A DNA stretch of 62,916 nucleotides, filler included, from Sluysia triapertura (GCA_046118255.1; 4 parts of 4 records of this genome joined end to end with filler, not necessarily neighbours in it), one strand, 5' to 3'. Counted from the first letter of the whole stretch, positions 13,080 to 26,110 are shown. The notes: generated by a model from the sequence alone, not told the origin. Numbers and translations are program-made.

Positions 13080-15542
13080 TGCAGTAATAGTATGTTTAAG
13101 TTGTTATAATTTATAATGAATGATATATTAATGTTCTTTATTAATAAAGTTGATCAATTTTTATAAATAAATATTATTAAAAGATAAAAAGTACTATTAA
13201 ATTTACGTTTTACCAAAAAATTTATTACAAAGAATTTCTTATAATCTAAAAATACATAAAAATAAGAACTAGAACTAGTTATTTCGACTATTTTTAAGTA
13301 AAAAGCATATATTTTTGTATAAAGTTTATACATTTCCTGAATATGCCAAGAATTGTTTTCACTTGTTACTCTAAAGAAATACAAGTATAAAAATTGCTTT
13401 ACGTGAATCTTTTTGAGTAACTGGATCAAATGGAATTATTGCCAAACTCGATAAGATAGCACTTATTCGATGATAGTGTTAGTTGAAATCTGCTGCATAA
13501 CTGAGACTATCTTTGAATTCAAAGAATCTGTGACTATTGACACTTTTTACTATATTTCGAACATTCACCAGTTGATGTAGTTTCATATAAATAAATAGCA
13601 TGCTTGTAGCGTTTGTCTTCATTAAGATAAGATTTATATGGAAAGGTTTATTTCCAATATAAAAACACTTAAAATGGCAGGTTTTTGATTTGTAATTTGA
13701 ACAGTCTGCCCTGAAAGATGTTTATTTGTTTTTCATGACAAATGAATCAACATCTATCAATTCATAAGCCGTCAGAAATGCATTAGTAGGTAATTGTATA
13801 ACTTGGTCATCGATTGTTATAATTAATCTAGGAATACTTTTCTTTTAAAGAGCAAACATGATTTAAACTTGATAATATGACCTTATTATTACTTTTACTA
13901 ATCATAATGGATTCTTTACGCTGAAGTGCATGTAATCCTTCAGTCAATCTTCTTGTACTAATATTTTCTATGTTGGCTAATCTAACAGATTTCATTAATT
14001 TCTAAATTCGAAATGTTAATAACTTTTGGTAGTATTACATATAATTCATGAGACATAATAGTTGAAACTAAATTTTTGTTTGTAATTACTAGATAATTAT
14101 TCTGGTCTTTAAAATATTGTAATAAATCACGTCCATTTTTACATCTACCATCTTTTATTTGTTTACTGTAACCAGAATAAACGACACAATCGAATCTTTT
14201 TCACTAAAGTCGAATATCTTGTTTCTATAAACATATATGGATGACATATATAATGGAAAACTAAATGTTTTATTCATATAGATTGTTGGATTGCAGTTAT
14301 CATAATTATATCTTAAATCAACCGATTTATCTAATGTGAGCATAAAAAATTGTTTTTCGAATTATATTTGTGAATTAAAAAAATAACTTTTAATCGCTAG
14401 ATAATTTTAAATCAACACCTTTTTTATCACTGTGAGCAGTAAATTGTAATTGTCTTTTTTAGCTTTTATTTTGAGAGTTGTAAAAAATACGTTAATAGAT
14501 GTTTGTATAACTATACACCTGCAATTGTGAAGTGATTATAGAAGAAAAATTGCTTATGAATGGGCGTCCAATCAAATGAGAGAAAATATTATCCAAAAGT
14601 GGAATTGATTTGACGTCCAATTGGCAAAATTTTCACCCAGTAACTGTCATCAGTCGACAGTTAATACGACACACTGATTCAATTTAAATTAACTGTCGGT
14701 TGATGACAGATTAGAATAATTGGATTGCTACAACATTAATGATGACGACAATGGTAGTGTAATTAATATAATGAATAATTAGAATAAAATTACTAATAAA
14801 TAAAATTAATAATAACTACATAAATAAATCTTTCTTAAAATAACTTTGCCTTTACATGATCTTTCTTTATAAAACTCTTTTTCTAAACAAATAAAATTCT
14901 TTAAAATGCTTTATTATGTGAAAATAAAATTCTTTTAACTTAATGCCTTAAAATAAAATCATTTTACGTTGTTTTCTTACTAGATTATGTAAATACTCTA
15001 AAATTGTTTCAAAGTGTTGCTTTAATGTTTTACGGTGATATTAGACATTGAATGTTAAAGGATTGTAAGCTTGAAATGTTTTGGATTGATTTTAAGACCT
15101 ATATTTGATAGTTTAAGATGTAAAATATAATTCTGATGTTATGAAATTGTGAATTAAAATGTTTTGAATAAATTTTATTGTACGTTAATGGTTCTGAATG
15201 TTAGTAAAGTTTGGATATTGAAAGATTGTAAATTTAAAATATTTTGACGTATGAAAAATGATTTTAGTGGATCTGAAAGAAATAAAATATGAAAAGGTTT
15301 TGATAGAAAAATAGGTAAAATGTTATGCTTTTATGCGCGATATTTTAAATTAAATTTGGGATGTTTTGAATTAATTTTTTAAGTATATCTTTGATAAATT
15401 TCGATGTTGAGTATGATCTTGATGCTCTGAAATTTTATGTTTATAATGTTGGAAAGTATTAAGAATTATAAAATATTCTAAAGAATTATTTTGTTGTGTC
15501 ATGATGAAATAAAATTTTTAAAGTAATGGGTTGGCCACCACA
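13080..15542 (-). mobile_element. Gene-carrying non-autonomous element (type copy), 2463 bp, TG...CA ends, 5-bp TSD ATTTA
   Basis: ATTTA at 13075-13079 and 15543-15547. Ends are TGCAGTAATAG...GGTTGGCCACCACA. Removing it rejoins the NeSL frame as ...EDQIKLN|IRCNILRENE. Twin hairpins at 14562-14618 and 14644-14709; cargo ~13150-14343. Confidence 0.85.
13154..14343 (-). pseudogene. Decayed intronless cargo ORF, unknown family
   Basis: ATG at 14343 lies ~220 bp downstream of the twin hairpins. Protein-like frames with several stops run to ~13154. AATAAA on the minus strand ~57 nt before the element end. Confidence 0.45.
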
Positions 15543-17640
15543 ATTTAATTTTATTTGGTCCTCACAGTAAAAGAAGCTAGCAGAAATTCGGTATTTCCGG
15601 CGCAAATTGAGGACAGATTGTCGAATTTTGGTCCACAGTGTCAGAAGTCGTGAACGCTTATCGGTTTACTGTTATTCAGCTAAGATAGATCATCAAAAAT
15701 TTTCATGACTTTATTTAATCTATCATTGGCGACGCGAAGAATTTCATGCAATGCAAGGGTAAGAACAATGTTTGTTCAACTGTTAAATAGGCGGAAGGCG
15801 CAAATTATATTCTGGCACATATAGTCATCATAAGAAGAAATCAGGCTTAAACCGCCATGTTTTTTGTGGGCATAAAAGAAAGAATTGTTTAAATGGAAGC
15901 TTTTCAATCCTACGAAGCCTTTGAATATATAGTTTATTTTTTCGTCATATCCAACAGAATGGGGAAGGTTTTTGGATTGTCTAGCGTGAGGACTACTAAG
16001 GGTTTGGGAATTAATATTTAGATGGCTAAAGTGAAATGGAAGGCGCGATAGAATAAAGTTGCGAAACATAAGAAATTTGGCAGCAGTATTGGAAATACTA
16101 TTGAAAATACTATTGGAAATACTATTGAAAATACTATTGGAAATACTATTGGAAATACCAGCAGTTACCATATTATTGGAAAGAGAAACCAGACTATCGA
16201 AAAGAAGGGAGCAGGAGCACTTAACAATGACTTGATTATGCTTCTTAAGTTTGTGACGCTTAAGGCTACTGCAATCATTGGGATTAAGTTTGTGAGTAAT
16301 CCCACAGGAAGTACACCAAGCATTGGTGTACAGGTTCTGGGTATAAGGGATAGGACAGTGACTTTTTTCCCCGCATCACGAATGTCACTATTAAGGACGT
16401 TAGTGTGTTCAATGTGAGTCATGGTAAATTCTTTTCATGTCTTGATTGCTCCACATGTGCATTTTACTTTAAGATTACTCAAGATTGTTGTGAACTGGTG
16501 TTTAGTAGTAAAATGCCTACGGACTTCCTTGAAATCAGAGCGGTTCTTAATAGTAAGACCCTTCATATTTCAGTCAATTAGAGAGAATTTAATGTATCTC
16601 TTAGGAGAAATTATGATGTGAGCATTATCGTACAACTTATTGCAAGAAGTTAAAGAAATATAGATGGTATAATCATCAAGATCAGTACCATTTTCGATGG
16701 CTGAAGTAACAGAGGATTCAGAAGAGACAATGTTAGGAGTCGTGGAGATAGATTCATTGTGGAGACTAAGAATTTCATAGGTTTCAGAGGGTGCAAGAGA
16801 AATTGTTTGAGGCGGAATATTAATAGGATCAACAATGGTAGCGATAGGAGGACGTTCAGAGGTAGAAATAGTTGGATCGTTGTCAGTGGGCATTACAGGA
16901 GACCTGTCGTTCAAGATCGATGGATTAGCAGCAGTAGTAGTTACGTTATTAGAAGGGATTATAAGGGTACTGAAGTAGGAAGTAGCATTATTATTGACAT
17001 TAGGGTTAGGAATGGCTACCTCAGTGACGGCCGGAATTGCCACAGGAGTCTTAGAATATACTTCAGCACTAGAGAATGTAGGTAAGTCACTAATAGGAGG
17101 GATAAGTCGAGGTTCCATTGCATTCAATTTTATGCAGAAGAATGTATCCCCATCAATGGTAATTATCATATTACTGGTGGATAAACCCTTTGTTAAGTAG
17201 GCTATAGTTGAGGGTACCACCACAGCAGGGTTAATAATAGGAGCCAGTGTGACTTGTACCCAAATGGTTTTTTCCAGTCAATTTTTTGGAAAATAACTAT
17301 ACGTCCATTGTTTTTCCTATGTCCAGAGAATTTAGGATACGATATTTTAACAGTTGTAGTCTTCGGGGAAGCAGAATCCTTACTACTTATGTTATTAATA
17401 TGGTTAGAAGGCTTAGTTTCAGAAGTTGTCGCTTTGGTATTCCTGGGTACCCTTGGGATTAGGGAGTTAGCCGTCCGAGGTTCCGAGACTTTAATACTTG
17501 TCCATTTAGGAATCACGAGTTTGTTCAATGTTGGCACAGTCTTCGTGGGGGCAGTACTGATATGTTTAACAGTGTTGTGTTTATTGCTTTGTTTACTGAT
17601 ATCCATCTTTATCGAACGCTTTAAAAATCGCAGGGATTAC
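15543..17640 (-). mobile_element. NeSL/Utopia-type non-LTR element, 5' region fused to RT C-terminal/thumb region (internally deleted)
   Basis: S/T/P-rich N-terminal ORFs (17202..17606, 16570..17223) and a Cys/His-bearing segment (RRHFTTKH...KCTCGA...THIEH). Then FRNFILSRLPFHFSHLNINSQTLSSPHA...FFYAHKKHGGLSL, which matches the end of the RT fragment at 31878-32387. Collinear with 12000-13079. Confidence 0.8.
16087..16158. repeat. 6 x 12-bp tandem repeat TATTG(G/A)AAATAC
   Basis: Directly visible; sits at the NeSL internal-deletion junction. Confidence 0.9.
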
Positions 17641-17848
17641 ACAACATAAATGTTAAAACTTATGTAAACTTATTTTGTTTTGATGTTATTGCTGAAGAAA
17701 AAGATTCAATGAGTGTTATCCACAACTCAATTGAAACCAGCATTCCTATAGCAAGAAGTTCCGCACTAATTTGTCAATTAATACTGTTGTCGCTTTTTTC
17801 TGGATTGTTATTGTGATTTTATGTAAAATATCAGCTCTTTTTATAGTA

Positions 17849-18014
17849 TCCAAATAATTGTCAGATAGTCGGAAATTCAATTCAATTATTTTGCATGTCT
17901 ACTGCATATGTTATTTTCTTAGAATCGATCTTATGCCGACTCATTACTAAAATGGAATTTCAATATTAATTTCCAATGAATTTCCGACTATAGATTGCCT
18001 GACAATTATCTGGA
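17849..18014. mobile_element. MITE with ~30-bp terminal inverted repeats
   Basis: TCCAAATAATTGTCAG-ATAGTCGGAAATTCA versus TGAATTTCCGACTAT(8-bp indel)CTGACAATTATCTGGA. Confidence 0.6.
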
Positions 18015-19055
18015 GATAATGAGTTTTGTGAAGAACGAACCCATATCTCTTTAAAAGAATATAATCATAATTTTAATATCATAATTGGTATTATACAAAC
18101 AGATATAAAAATACATCATACTAATTTACTTATATTTATAATCTAGTATAAAACTTTTTTTAATAACAATACTTTATATCATACGCAACACGTTAACAGT
18201 ACGTCACACGTCAGTCCCAATAGCGCATACTGACTTGTTTCTTTACAAGCTTTAATTTGATATATACTTTATTAATGCTCGGACATTGGAACGTATTTAA
18301 TCTTTAATTTTAAATTACAAAATTAATTAAAATAACTAATTTTACGTTATTTGCGTTGATGTGCTTCGTAACACTTAATTACCAAAACTAATAATAAAAC
18401 TCAACATTATATACTAAATTTGATATCATTATATTATGAGCAAATATTTTTATTGAGTTATCAAATTAAATAATTATTAATTAAATTAATTAAAAAATGT
18501 ACTTTAACACTTCGACAAACAAAACCTCGAAAGGTTATTTCTTCGTATTTCTCATTATCTTATCTTGATTCAAGTACTTCTTAAACTTATCTTATCATTA
18601 CAAGTCCCCTATTTCCATTCCTCAATAACGTTTACCTTATCTGTCATCCTGAATCTTGAACCTTTATACCTACCTTTGCTTTTCACTAATCCCAACATAA
18701 ACTACTAAATAACTTTAGGACCTTAATAAAGCATTTAAACATAAAGTAAGATTAAGTCTAAAAATAGATTAATTAATTAAAATCTTAATTAATGGTATGT
18801 TAAATTTGAAACTATGTATGTATTTGTTTCAAAAAAGACCTTTCAATGAAAATTTGCAAGAAAAATGTTAATAGTGAGCAAAGTCAAATTTTAATTAATT
18901 CTTAATTATGAAATGTTGCACTTTTGTACATAGAATAATGAAAGTGTAATGATTTGATTATGAGATGGTTGATATGAAAAAGGAAATTATAGAAGTGAGT
19001 TTAAAATAACTGTAGAGTGGTTTGTTTGAGAATAAGAACCTTACATATATTCCAT

Positions 19056-19224
19056 TGTAGTGGCCAACTCCGTAACGCAAAATTTAAAATAACTCAATTA
19101 AAATAAAATTCATCACAATCACCCTCTGCAACTACAATCACCACACAAATCACCACACAAATCACCACACAAAATAACAATACCCACAACTACAATCTTA
19201 ACATCTCACCAAACTACATCCAAC
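19056..19224 (+). mobile_element. Terminus of the cargo-element family (TGTAGTGGCCAACTC) with a 12-bp tandem repeat, cut by a gap
   Basis: Same terminal motif as 15542, 24048, 29766 and 55905; about three copies of AATCACCACACA. Confidence 0.65.
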
Positions 19225-19324
19225 NNNNNNNNNNNNNNNNNNNNNNNNNNNNNNNNNNNNNNNNNNNNTTAATTAATTAANNNNNNNNNNNNNNNNNNNN
19301 NNNNNNNNNNNNNNNNNNNNNNNN
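19225..19324. other. Assembly gap with artificial TTAATTAATTAA linker (also 34988-35087 and 47147-47246); plain N gaps at 54958-55107 and 58430-58557
   Basis: Identical 44N + 12 bp + 44N layout at three sites. Confidence 0.95.
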
Positions 19325-21227
19325 TTTTATATGCTTATCCCACTATTACAGTTCATCATAATACCTTGTCTTAGTTCTTTAATAACGTTCAACTTATTCT
19401 GCTATCCTATGTTTTAACCCTTATATCAACCCTTATCCTTCACTAATCCCAACACGATTAATACCGATTTACAACATATTTTGAATAATCACACATTTGT
19501 GTGTTGAAGCATATATAAAAACAAAAGAAAATATTACAAATAAATTGTAATAAAATGATGATGATAATAATAATAAAAATAAAATCGCAATGTTACGTCT
19601 TTGTATTCAATAATAATAGCAAATTAATACCAGTTAATTTATTTAACTGAACCTCAATAATTAATTACTAAATTCAATATAAAATCATCACAAATTTCCC
19701 TTGGCCTATAATGTTATTTATTCCGCCCAAAGATTATAAGCTTTTAAAATAAAATAACAACAATTCAATAATTTAATGATTAAAAAATCAAATACAAATT
19801 ACTGTTATAAGCTTTTACTAAACAACAGTAAAATAATTAAAACTATAGCATTAATGATAATGTTTATAATAATATCAGAGATATGGCAGTCTAAGTGAAG
19901 GAACGCAAAAAACACTAATAATGTCAATCTGGTAAGTTAAATAATAATACTGCTTACTTATTTCCAAATAATCTTAACCAAACTTAATATCGGTTAAATA
20001 TTATATATATAAAGATAATAATTATCATTATATTTTCAACATAATCACCCAAAAAGGTAAAATCTATTAAAATTAACTTTCAGTTAAGTGTTTTCCCAAT
20101 GTCGGTATGATTGGGTGATTGTATGCTTGTGTTAAAAAAATTTAGAAATTTTTATTTTACACTCTCTTCATCCAATCAATACCCAGTCTCACAACCAAAC
20201 ACTCTCTCACACAAATCACCCAAACCTCTCTGAGAATCAAACCGACAATAACAACTTTGAAAATTACATGGTACAATCTGTCAAAATTTATTAAGTATAA
20301 AACATAGAAATCTGATTTATTATCAACCATCATTCAATCTATTTTTACTTAAATTACTTCTCACATTAAAATTACAATCAACACTATTGTTAACATACAT
20401 AAAGATAATGAATTTAATTTCACTTTTTATTATTTAATTAATTTTTGATTTTCACACCAAATTTTCTAATGAAAAATGTTAAAGGTTCTTATTCTCAAAC
20501 GAACCTCACTTATAGATTCTCCTCTTTCATAGCAATCATCTCATATTCCATTCATTACATTTGCATCACTATAAGTATAAAAAATTCAATATTCCATAAT
20601 TAAAAATCAACTAAAATTTGACTTTGCTCAATATATAAAGGATTTCCTTGCCTGAACTCGGTCAAACTATATCTTAATCGAAATGTCTTTTCAAAACAAA
20701 TACATACATAGTTTCAAATTCAACTTATCATGCCGCATTCAAAAGTTATTCACAAAAACGTACTTTTTCTTAATTAAGCTAATTAAGATTTTTAATTAAT
20801 TAATCTATTTTTAGACTGAATCTTATTCAATGTTTAAAGGTTTTATTGAGGTTTTAAAGTCTTTTAGTAGTTTATAAGGCATTCAAGAGGCTCTAAATGT
20901 TTTCACCTTCACCTCTCTGATTTTTTTCTTGTTCTTCAAGTTTATTATTGCCACTTTAAACTTATCTTTATTATGTTGAACAAAGATTTTATTTCTCCAA
21001 CATTTTGAAGATTTTATATACTTTATAATATTACTCGAATATCTTTGATGCTTATTAAGGTTCCCAGAATAGAGTCTTAGATGATTTCAAAATTAACAAG
21101 CTCAATGGTGTTCTAATACCTTCAAAGGTTTTTCAAGATCTCAACACCTTATTATATGGTCTTTGGAATGTCAAAGTATTCTTTTAGCTGTTAAAATTAC
21201 CATAAATGCTTTAATTTTACAACTATC

Positions 21228-24048
21228 TTTGGTAATGTTATGTTATAGTATATTAAATTAAAATGATACCAATTTAGTAGTTTTGTGTTAATTATCTTAG
21301 GCCGATATATTAATGTTTTAAAAGTTATTTTTAAATGATACAAATTTAACAATGTTTGTAAATAAATTATTGAATTTAGTTTAGAAGAACTTAATTGATT
21401 AATAAATCTTTTAATCTTGGCGTCAAATTTTATATAAACTTTATTCGTATTATTGATTCTAAATTCGATATAAATAATACATTTAAAACTTTTACATAAT
21501 TTGATCATGGTCAAGTTACAGAAATAAATTAACAAGACGTTAAGAAATATAAATTTTGTATTTAATATTAGGACAAAAAGTGTAAATTTTATTATTATAT
21601 CTCCACGTACATCATTTGGCCTTCCCCAAAAGTTATCATATTGTTAAGATACTGCACAGCTCGTGAATTCCGCGCCAGTATGTCTTGATATTGAAACCAC
21701 GAATAATCGGTGGAATTAATTTTATTAGAATGGACTTCTATATTATTTTTTAATAAATAAAATTCTAATTTTTGTTATATCATACTTTGACAATCTTAAC
21801 ATGCGCTCTGTAAAAATATTATACAATTCGCTAGTAGTGAAATGGTTGCTGTCTCTGATATTACTCTTACAATTAACCATACAAAGGTTTATACAATTAT
21901 TACTAAAACCATCAATATAATCAGTAATTTTATTCATTTTATCTTTTTTAAATCTTTTATAGACGATATTTCTTTTATAATTCAAAATATTTGATAAATC
22001 TAATAATTTAGGGTTATCTATGAGAATTCTATCAATTAAGGTAAACATAGTTTCAAAAATGATGCTATCGTTAACAGGATATATAAGGCAATTCATCACA
22101 TGATGAGCAAATTCTCTACGAACATTTATTTCATATTTAATATCTAATACAAATAGGATAAGTGATCACGAAATATTATTAATTTATTAATAAAAGCTGC
22201 AAAATAATTGAATGAAAATGTATCATGTAATCCAGCATTGTCTTGAGCTACAAATTTTAAATTGTCGTTACAATGAACAGTCGTAAAAATGTTAAATGAA
22301 ATAACCACATTCTCTTCATTACAGCTGTAGCGTTTCAAAAACTCGATTAAGATCATCATGAATTTATCAACATTATTCGTTTACTTTTTCTCTTTCAGCA
22401 TAATATCTAAACGTAATTGAAAATAGAAAAATATAATATAATTCATTAAAACATTAACTCCCAGTGGCGGAACTAATTCTTTAAAAAATAATAAACGCTT
22501 ACTATAAGTGTGCATTGAATTCGATGATTCTAAACTATAAATTTGAAATAAACTTTTTATCCATTCTAACAGTGGAACTAAGTAACCTGAATAGTGTACG
22601 CGAATTGGATCGATTCGGTCTGTAGACTCAAAGTTGAAACATTTCACTTTTACATATAAATTACTGATCATTAAACTAAATAATTTGTTGTTGTCACTTG
22701 ATACCGGAGACAACTTCATAAGGATATAAAATGTTTGACACATAGAATCATATAAAATTCCACGCAATTTATTAATTTCATTTACCTTTAACTTTATACG
22801 ATCATCATTATAAGTACTGTTGATTTGATAACAAATTTTATCAGTTGTAGATGAAATTTTGTACTGTATATTCATCCCTACACAAGGTACTTAGTGAGGC
22901 TGTGCAGAAATAATCTTGGACATGTCTACAAAAAACGAATTACGGATCCAATTTTCTGTATTAATTTCAAACGGACGAATAGATTGCACTTGAGTATACT
23001 TCATATCAATGTGATCTAATTTTTCTACTTTGTAAATTTTTATAATTGTGATTTTTGTTGGAATTATGAGATATTTTGTGAGACATAAATTCTTTTTCAA
23101 ATCACATTAATGATTGGTTATCCAACCAAATCGTGTATATGATGTCTAGACATACACGTTTTTGGTTTGATAATCAATATATAGTCGTTATTAAGTGATG
23201 ATTTAGCCAACTATTATGGCCGCCATCATCATCGGTGACAGTCAAATTTAAATGTTTTACGAAATGTCATCGATTCTAATGGCGGTGACAATATTGGTTG
23301 GAACTGGCATTTTTTATTTATTTAATAATTATTATTGTTGTTATTATTATTGAAATTATTATTGTTAATATCAATTTATTACAAATTAATTAAAGAACAC
23401 ATACATTCTTCCTGTCTTTACTTTTCTTTAAACTTCTAAACATATTTTGGATTGAAATAAAATAGAAAATGATAGAATTGAATGTAATAATAACAATAAT
23501 AGGATGAACAATTTTATCGTTATTGCTGTTATTACATTGCATAAGCTTTTGGATTCTTTAAAAACTGAACACGAACTTGCTATTTAATACCATAAATTTC
23601 TGAACATATTTAAACTAGAAATATTTAAGCAAAGATTGGTTTAAGTAGATGTGAAAGAGATAATTTATAGTCCACTCTTGGTATATTAGAAAGTTGATTG
23701 TACAGAATTGCTACTATGATTGTTTTCTTGCTGTTTTTAAGTGGTATTGTCTTTTGTGTTATTAGTTATTATCTGATAACAATTGATGAATTTAAGTTAT
23801 TGTAATTGATTCGAATGTGATTATTATTTGGTTATTATGAATGTGAAGTAGAATATTTTTGATGGATTTGTTACTGTAAATCGGTGGTATTGAATGTAAT
23901 TGTGATTTGTAAGTTGTGAAATTGTGGGTATGAATTGATTTTAGTAGATAAACTGTTTTGTGAGTAAAGTAAAGTAATGTGTGGATATTAATGTGTTGAA
24001 GAATTATTTTTGTATGAAATTTAATATTATTAAAGGTTGACCACCACA
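21228..24048 (-). mobile_element. Gene-carrying element, 2821 bp, 5-bp TSD CTATC
   Basis: CTATC at 21223-21227 and 24049-24053. Right end is GGTTGACCACCACA. Left end TTTGGTAATGTTATGTT resembles TGCAGTAATAGTATGTT at 13080. Hairpins at 23113-23178 and 23220-23285. Leader homologous to 36570-37360. Confidence 0.8.
21560..23100 (-). pseudogene. Decayed intronless cargo ORF chain, unknown family
   Basis: Consecutive minus-strand ORFs 22891..23100, 22381..22875, 22144..22359 and 21743..22099 start immediately after the hairpins. Confidence 0.5.
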
Positions 24049-24917
24049 CTATCATTTCAACGCTGCCTACAACGCTCAATTCATCACTTGGTATCAGTTC
24101 TTTCTTCATTTTATAGTTCCTCAGGCATTTTCTGATGAAATAATAACAATATGAATAATTATAATTTATATTTATTTCAATAAGATCTTCTGACTGCTGT
24201 CTGTTGGACTTGAGAAACACAGAAAAGTACGATATAATTTGTCAGCAAAGTAAATTGAGTGCTAACTGATTTCAAAGAAAATAAAAGACATATTTTAAGA
24301 TAATTTGCAGGAGTAGTAATGTTATGGAAAGTCATTTCACCTTGTTTAATTTAGATTGGATTTTTAAATATATCAATTTGGAATGCGTAATTTTTCGATT
24401 CGGACTCACTACGGACACAATAAATTCAAAATGTGGTTCTGCATGTTTTATCATTAAAGCATATTCATTTGAAACTCGATAAAAATTGTAAAGAAATTAA
24501 TTAAACTTGCATTATTATCCGCCTTGTTAATGTAGGGTTTTTCGATGAATTAAATAAAGTATGAGAAAATAATTAAATTAATTAAATTAAATAATTAAAT
24601 TAAATAAATTAAACTAAAAAATAAAAATATCGTTTAAAAAATTTAAAAATTAGACAATCTATGTGTCATTTCCATATAACAAGAATGTAAACTGCGAAAC
24701 CACAAACAACGATCAAACTACCATCCATAAGGGAACAGTAAACTCTTCCATAATCATTACACCGAGCACAAGAAAAATCACTGTCGTGCCATGTCTGTAA
24801 ATACGTTATTTGCCATTGATATAAATCATTAATGATCGATTGAATTATGTATTTTCAATGTTTTATTCAATAATTACTAAATGTGTTAATTACTGAATTC
24901 TCACTTAATTGATCGTG

Positions 24918-24981
24918 CTTCATTGATGCTCCTTCATCGATCCTCCTTCATTGATCCTCCTTCATTGATGCTCCTTCATCG
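24918..24981. repeat. ~4.5 x 14-bp tandem repeat CTTCAT(T/C)GAT(G/C)CTC
   Basis: Directly visible, immediately upstream of the CCAAT-type hairpin at 25005-25066. Confidence 0.85.
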
Positions 24982-25274
24982 TTTTATTCTATACTAACAC
25001 TTTTACTGGCTGGCCAACAAAAATTTTTAGTACTTCCTCAATGCCTGTTTTGATTGGTCGACCAGTCACACTGCACAGTTAACATCTAATCCAGCAAGGT
25101 AAAAATAAATAACTAATATAGACTAGTCTCAATTAAGAACACGGCAGCAAAAAATATCGAATAAAAATATAATTTTTATTGAATTTTATTAGAATAAATT
25201 TTTTAAAATATTTTTTCTTGGTCATAAAAATTATCAAAGCTTTCATAAATTGTACAATATTAAATAATTAGTAG

Positions 25275-25560
25275 ATGTCTGATGACACTGACACATAATA
25301 CTATGAAACAGGAGATGATTATTATTTTGACGATGATTATAAAGCCGATGAACCTAAAACAGATACTTCATGAAGAACTACAAACTGCCAATGTGGAAAT
25401 AATGTTAAATAAAGTTACAGATGAATTGGCAAATAGAATTAATGTTTCTTTTATTATCGCTAAAATGCTACTTATACAATATAAATCGTCATTAAATAAA
25501 ATTAGTCTCGATATATCTAATAATCCGTACAACGTTTTGTTTAAAGCTCGCATATTATCT
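25275..25560 (+). pseudogene. Ariadne-2 (ARIH2-like RBR E3 ligase) N-terminal fragment
   Basis: Acidic start MSDDTDT*YYETGDDYYFDDD, then after a frameshift LQTANVEIMLNKVTDELANRINVSFIIAKMLLIQYKSSLNKISLDISNNPYNVLFKARIL. This resembles the ARIH2 UBA-like region (L..VS...AK..L....W.........N....L..AR). Confidence 0.65.
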
Positions 25561-25689
25561 AATGATATCAAAGTTCTTTATAAATGTCAAAAAATGCAAA
25601 ATAACATTATATGGCCTTCTTATGCATCATGTTTCGAAAAGATCAATAACAGTTTGGAATTATTGTCTACGAACAACATGGGTAAATTA

Positions 25690-26110
25690 AAATCGTTAAA
25701 ATCACTTCAGCTTCGACAACGTGCTACACCAATTGCTATCAGACATAAAGATATCATTGGTTTATCTGAAACCTGAAGTGCGTAAACTTATAACAACCAA
25801 CCTCTGACGTACATAAAGATTTTGATTCCTACAATTGAATTGAGAAAGTTGCGTGTAGTAAATTGATGGAGAAAAGTAAAAGATTAAATCTAATAATAAT
25901 TCGTTAACTGAAGATACAGATATAACTGATTAATTTACAGTATTTAGAATTTTTCATGCCGACATTGTTGTAGCAACTTCTAGTCGAATTTTAATTATGC
26001 CTCATCACACTAATCAGATTAAAGAAATTTTTTATTCCATTCAATATTTAGTAAATTATGATGTAGATAAAATGTTAAGTTCTCAATTATTTTAAGACAT
26101 GGTGAAAGAT
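25690..26110 (+). pseudogene. DEAD-box RNA helicase N-terminal RecA-domain fragment
   Basis: RQRATPIAIRHKDIIGLSET*SA*T (Q-motif plus Walker A), ILIPTIELRK (Ia), ADIVVATSSRIL (Ib) and QYLVNYDVDKMLS (motif II), in the correct order and without introns. Confidence 0.8.

Larger units (their letters stand above)
18180..21120. repeat. Fold-back repeat, locus I (inverted arms ~18697-19055 and ~20465-20875)
   Basis: The arms are reverse complements, e.g. GAGCAAAGTCAAATTTT versus AAAATTTGACTTTGCTC. 18180-18560 matches 48980-49340 and 20220-21080 matches 50820-51760. Spans a gap. Confidence 0.7.

Noticed and set aside
16232-17649. Plus-strand ORFs 16232..16417, 16421..16621, 16759..17085, 16994..17200 and 17254..17649
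   Set aside because: Antisense shadows of the minus-strand NeSL ORF.
19269-19280. TTAATTAATTAA palindrome recurring at three sites
   Set aside because: Always centred in 44N+44N gaps; an artificial all-frame-stop scaffolding linker.
19056-19454. Solo LTR (TGTAGTGG...CCCAACA) with CCAT/CGAT TSD
   Set aside because: Spans an assembly gap, the match is only 3/4, and the family's other copies have 5-bp TSDs.
24918-24981. CRISPR-like array (also 16087-16158)
   Set aside because: Head-to-tail minisatellites without spacers, in eukaryotic DNA with no cas genes.
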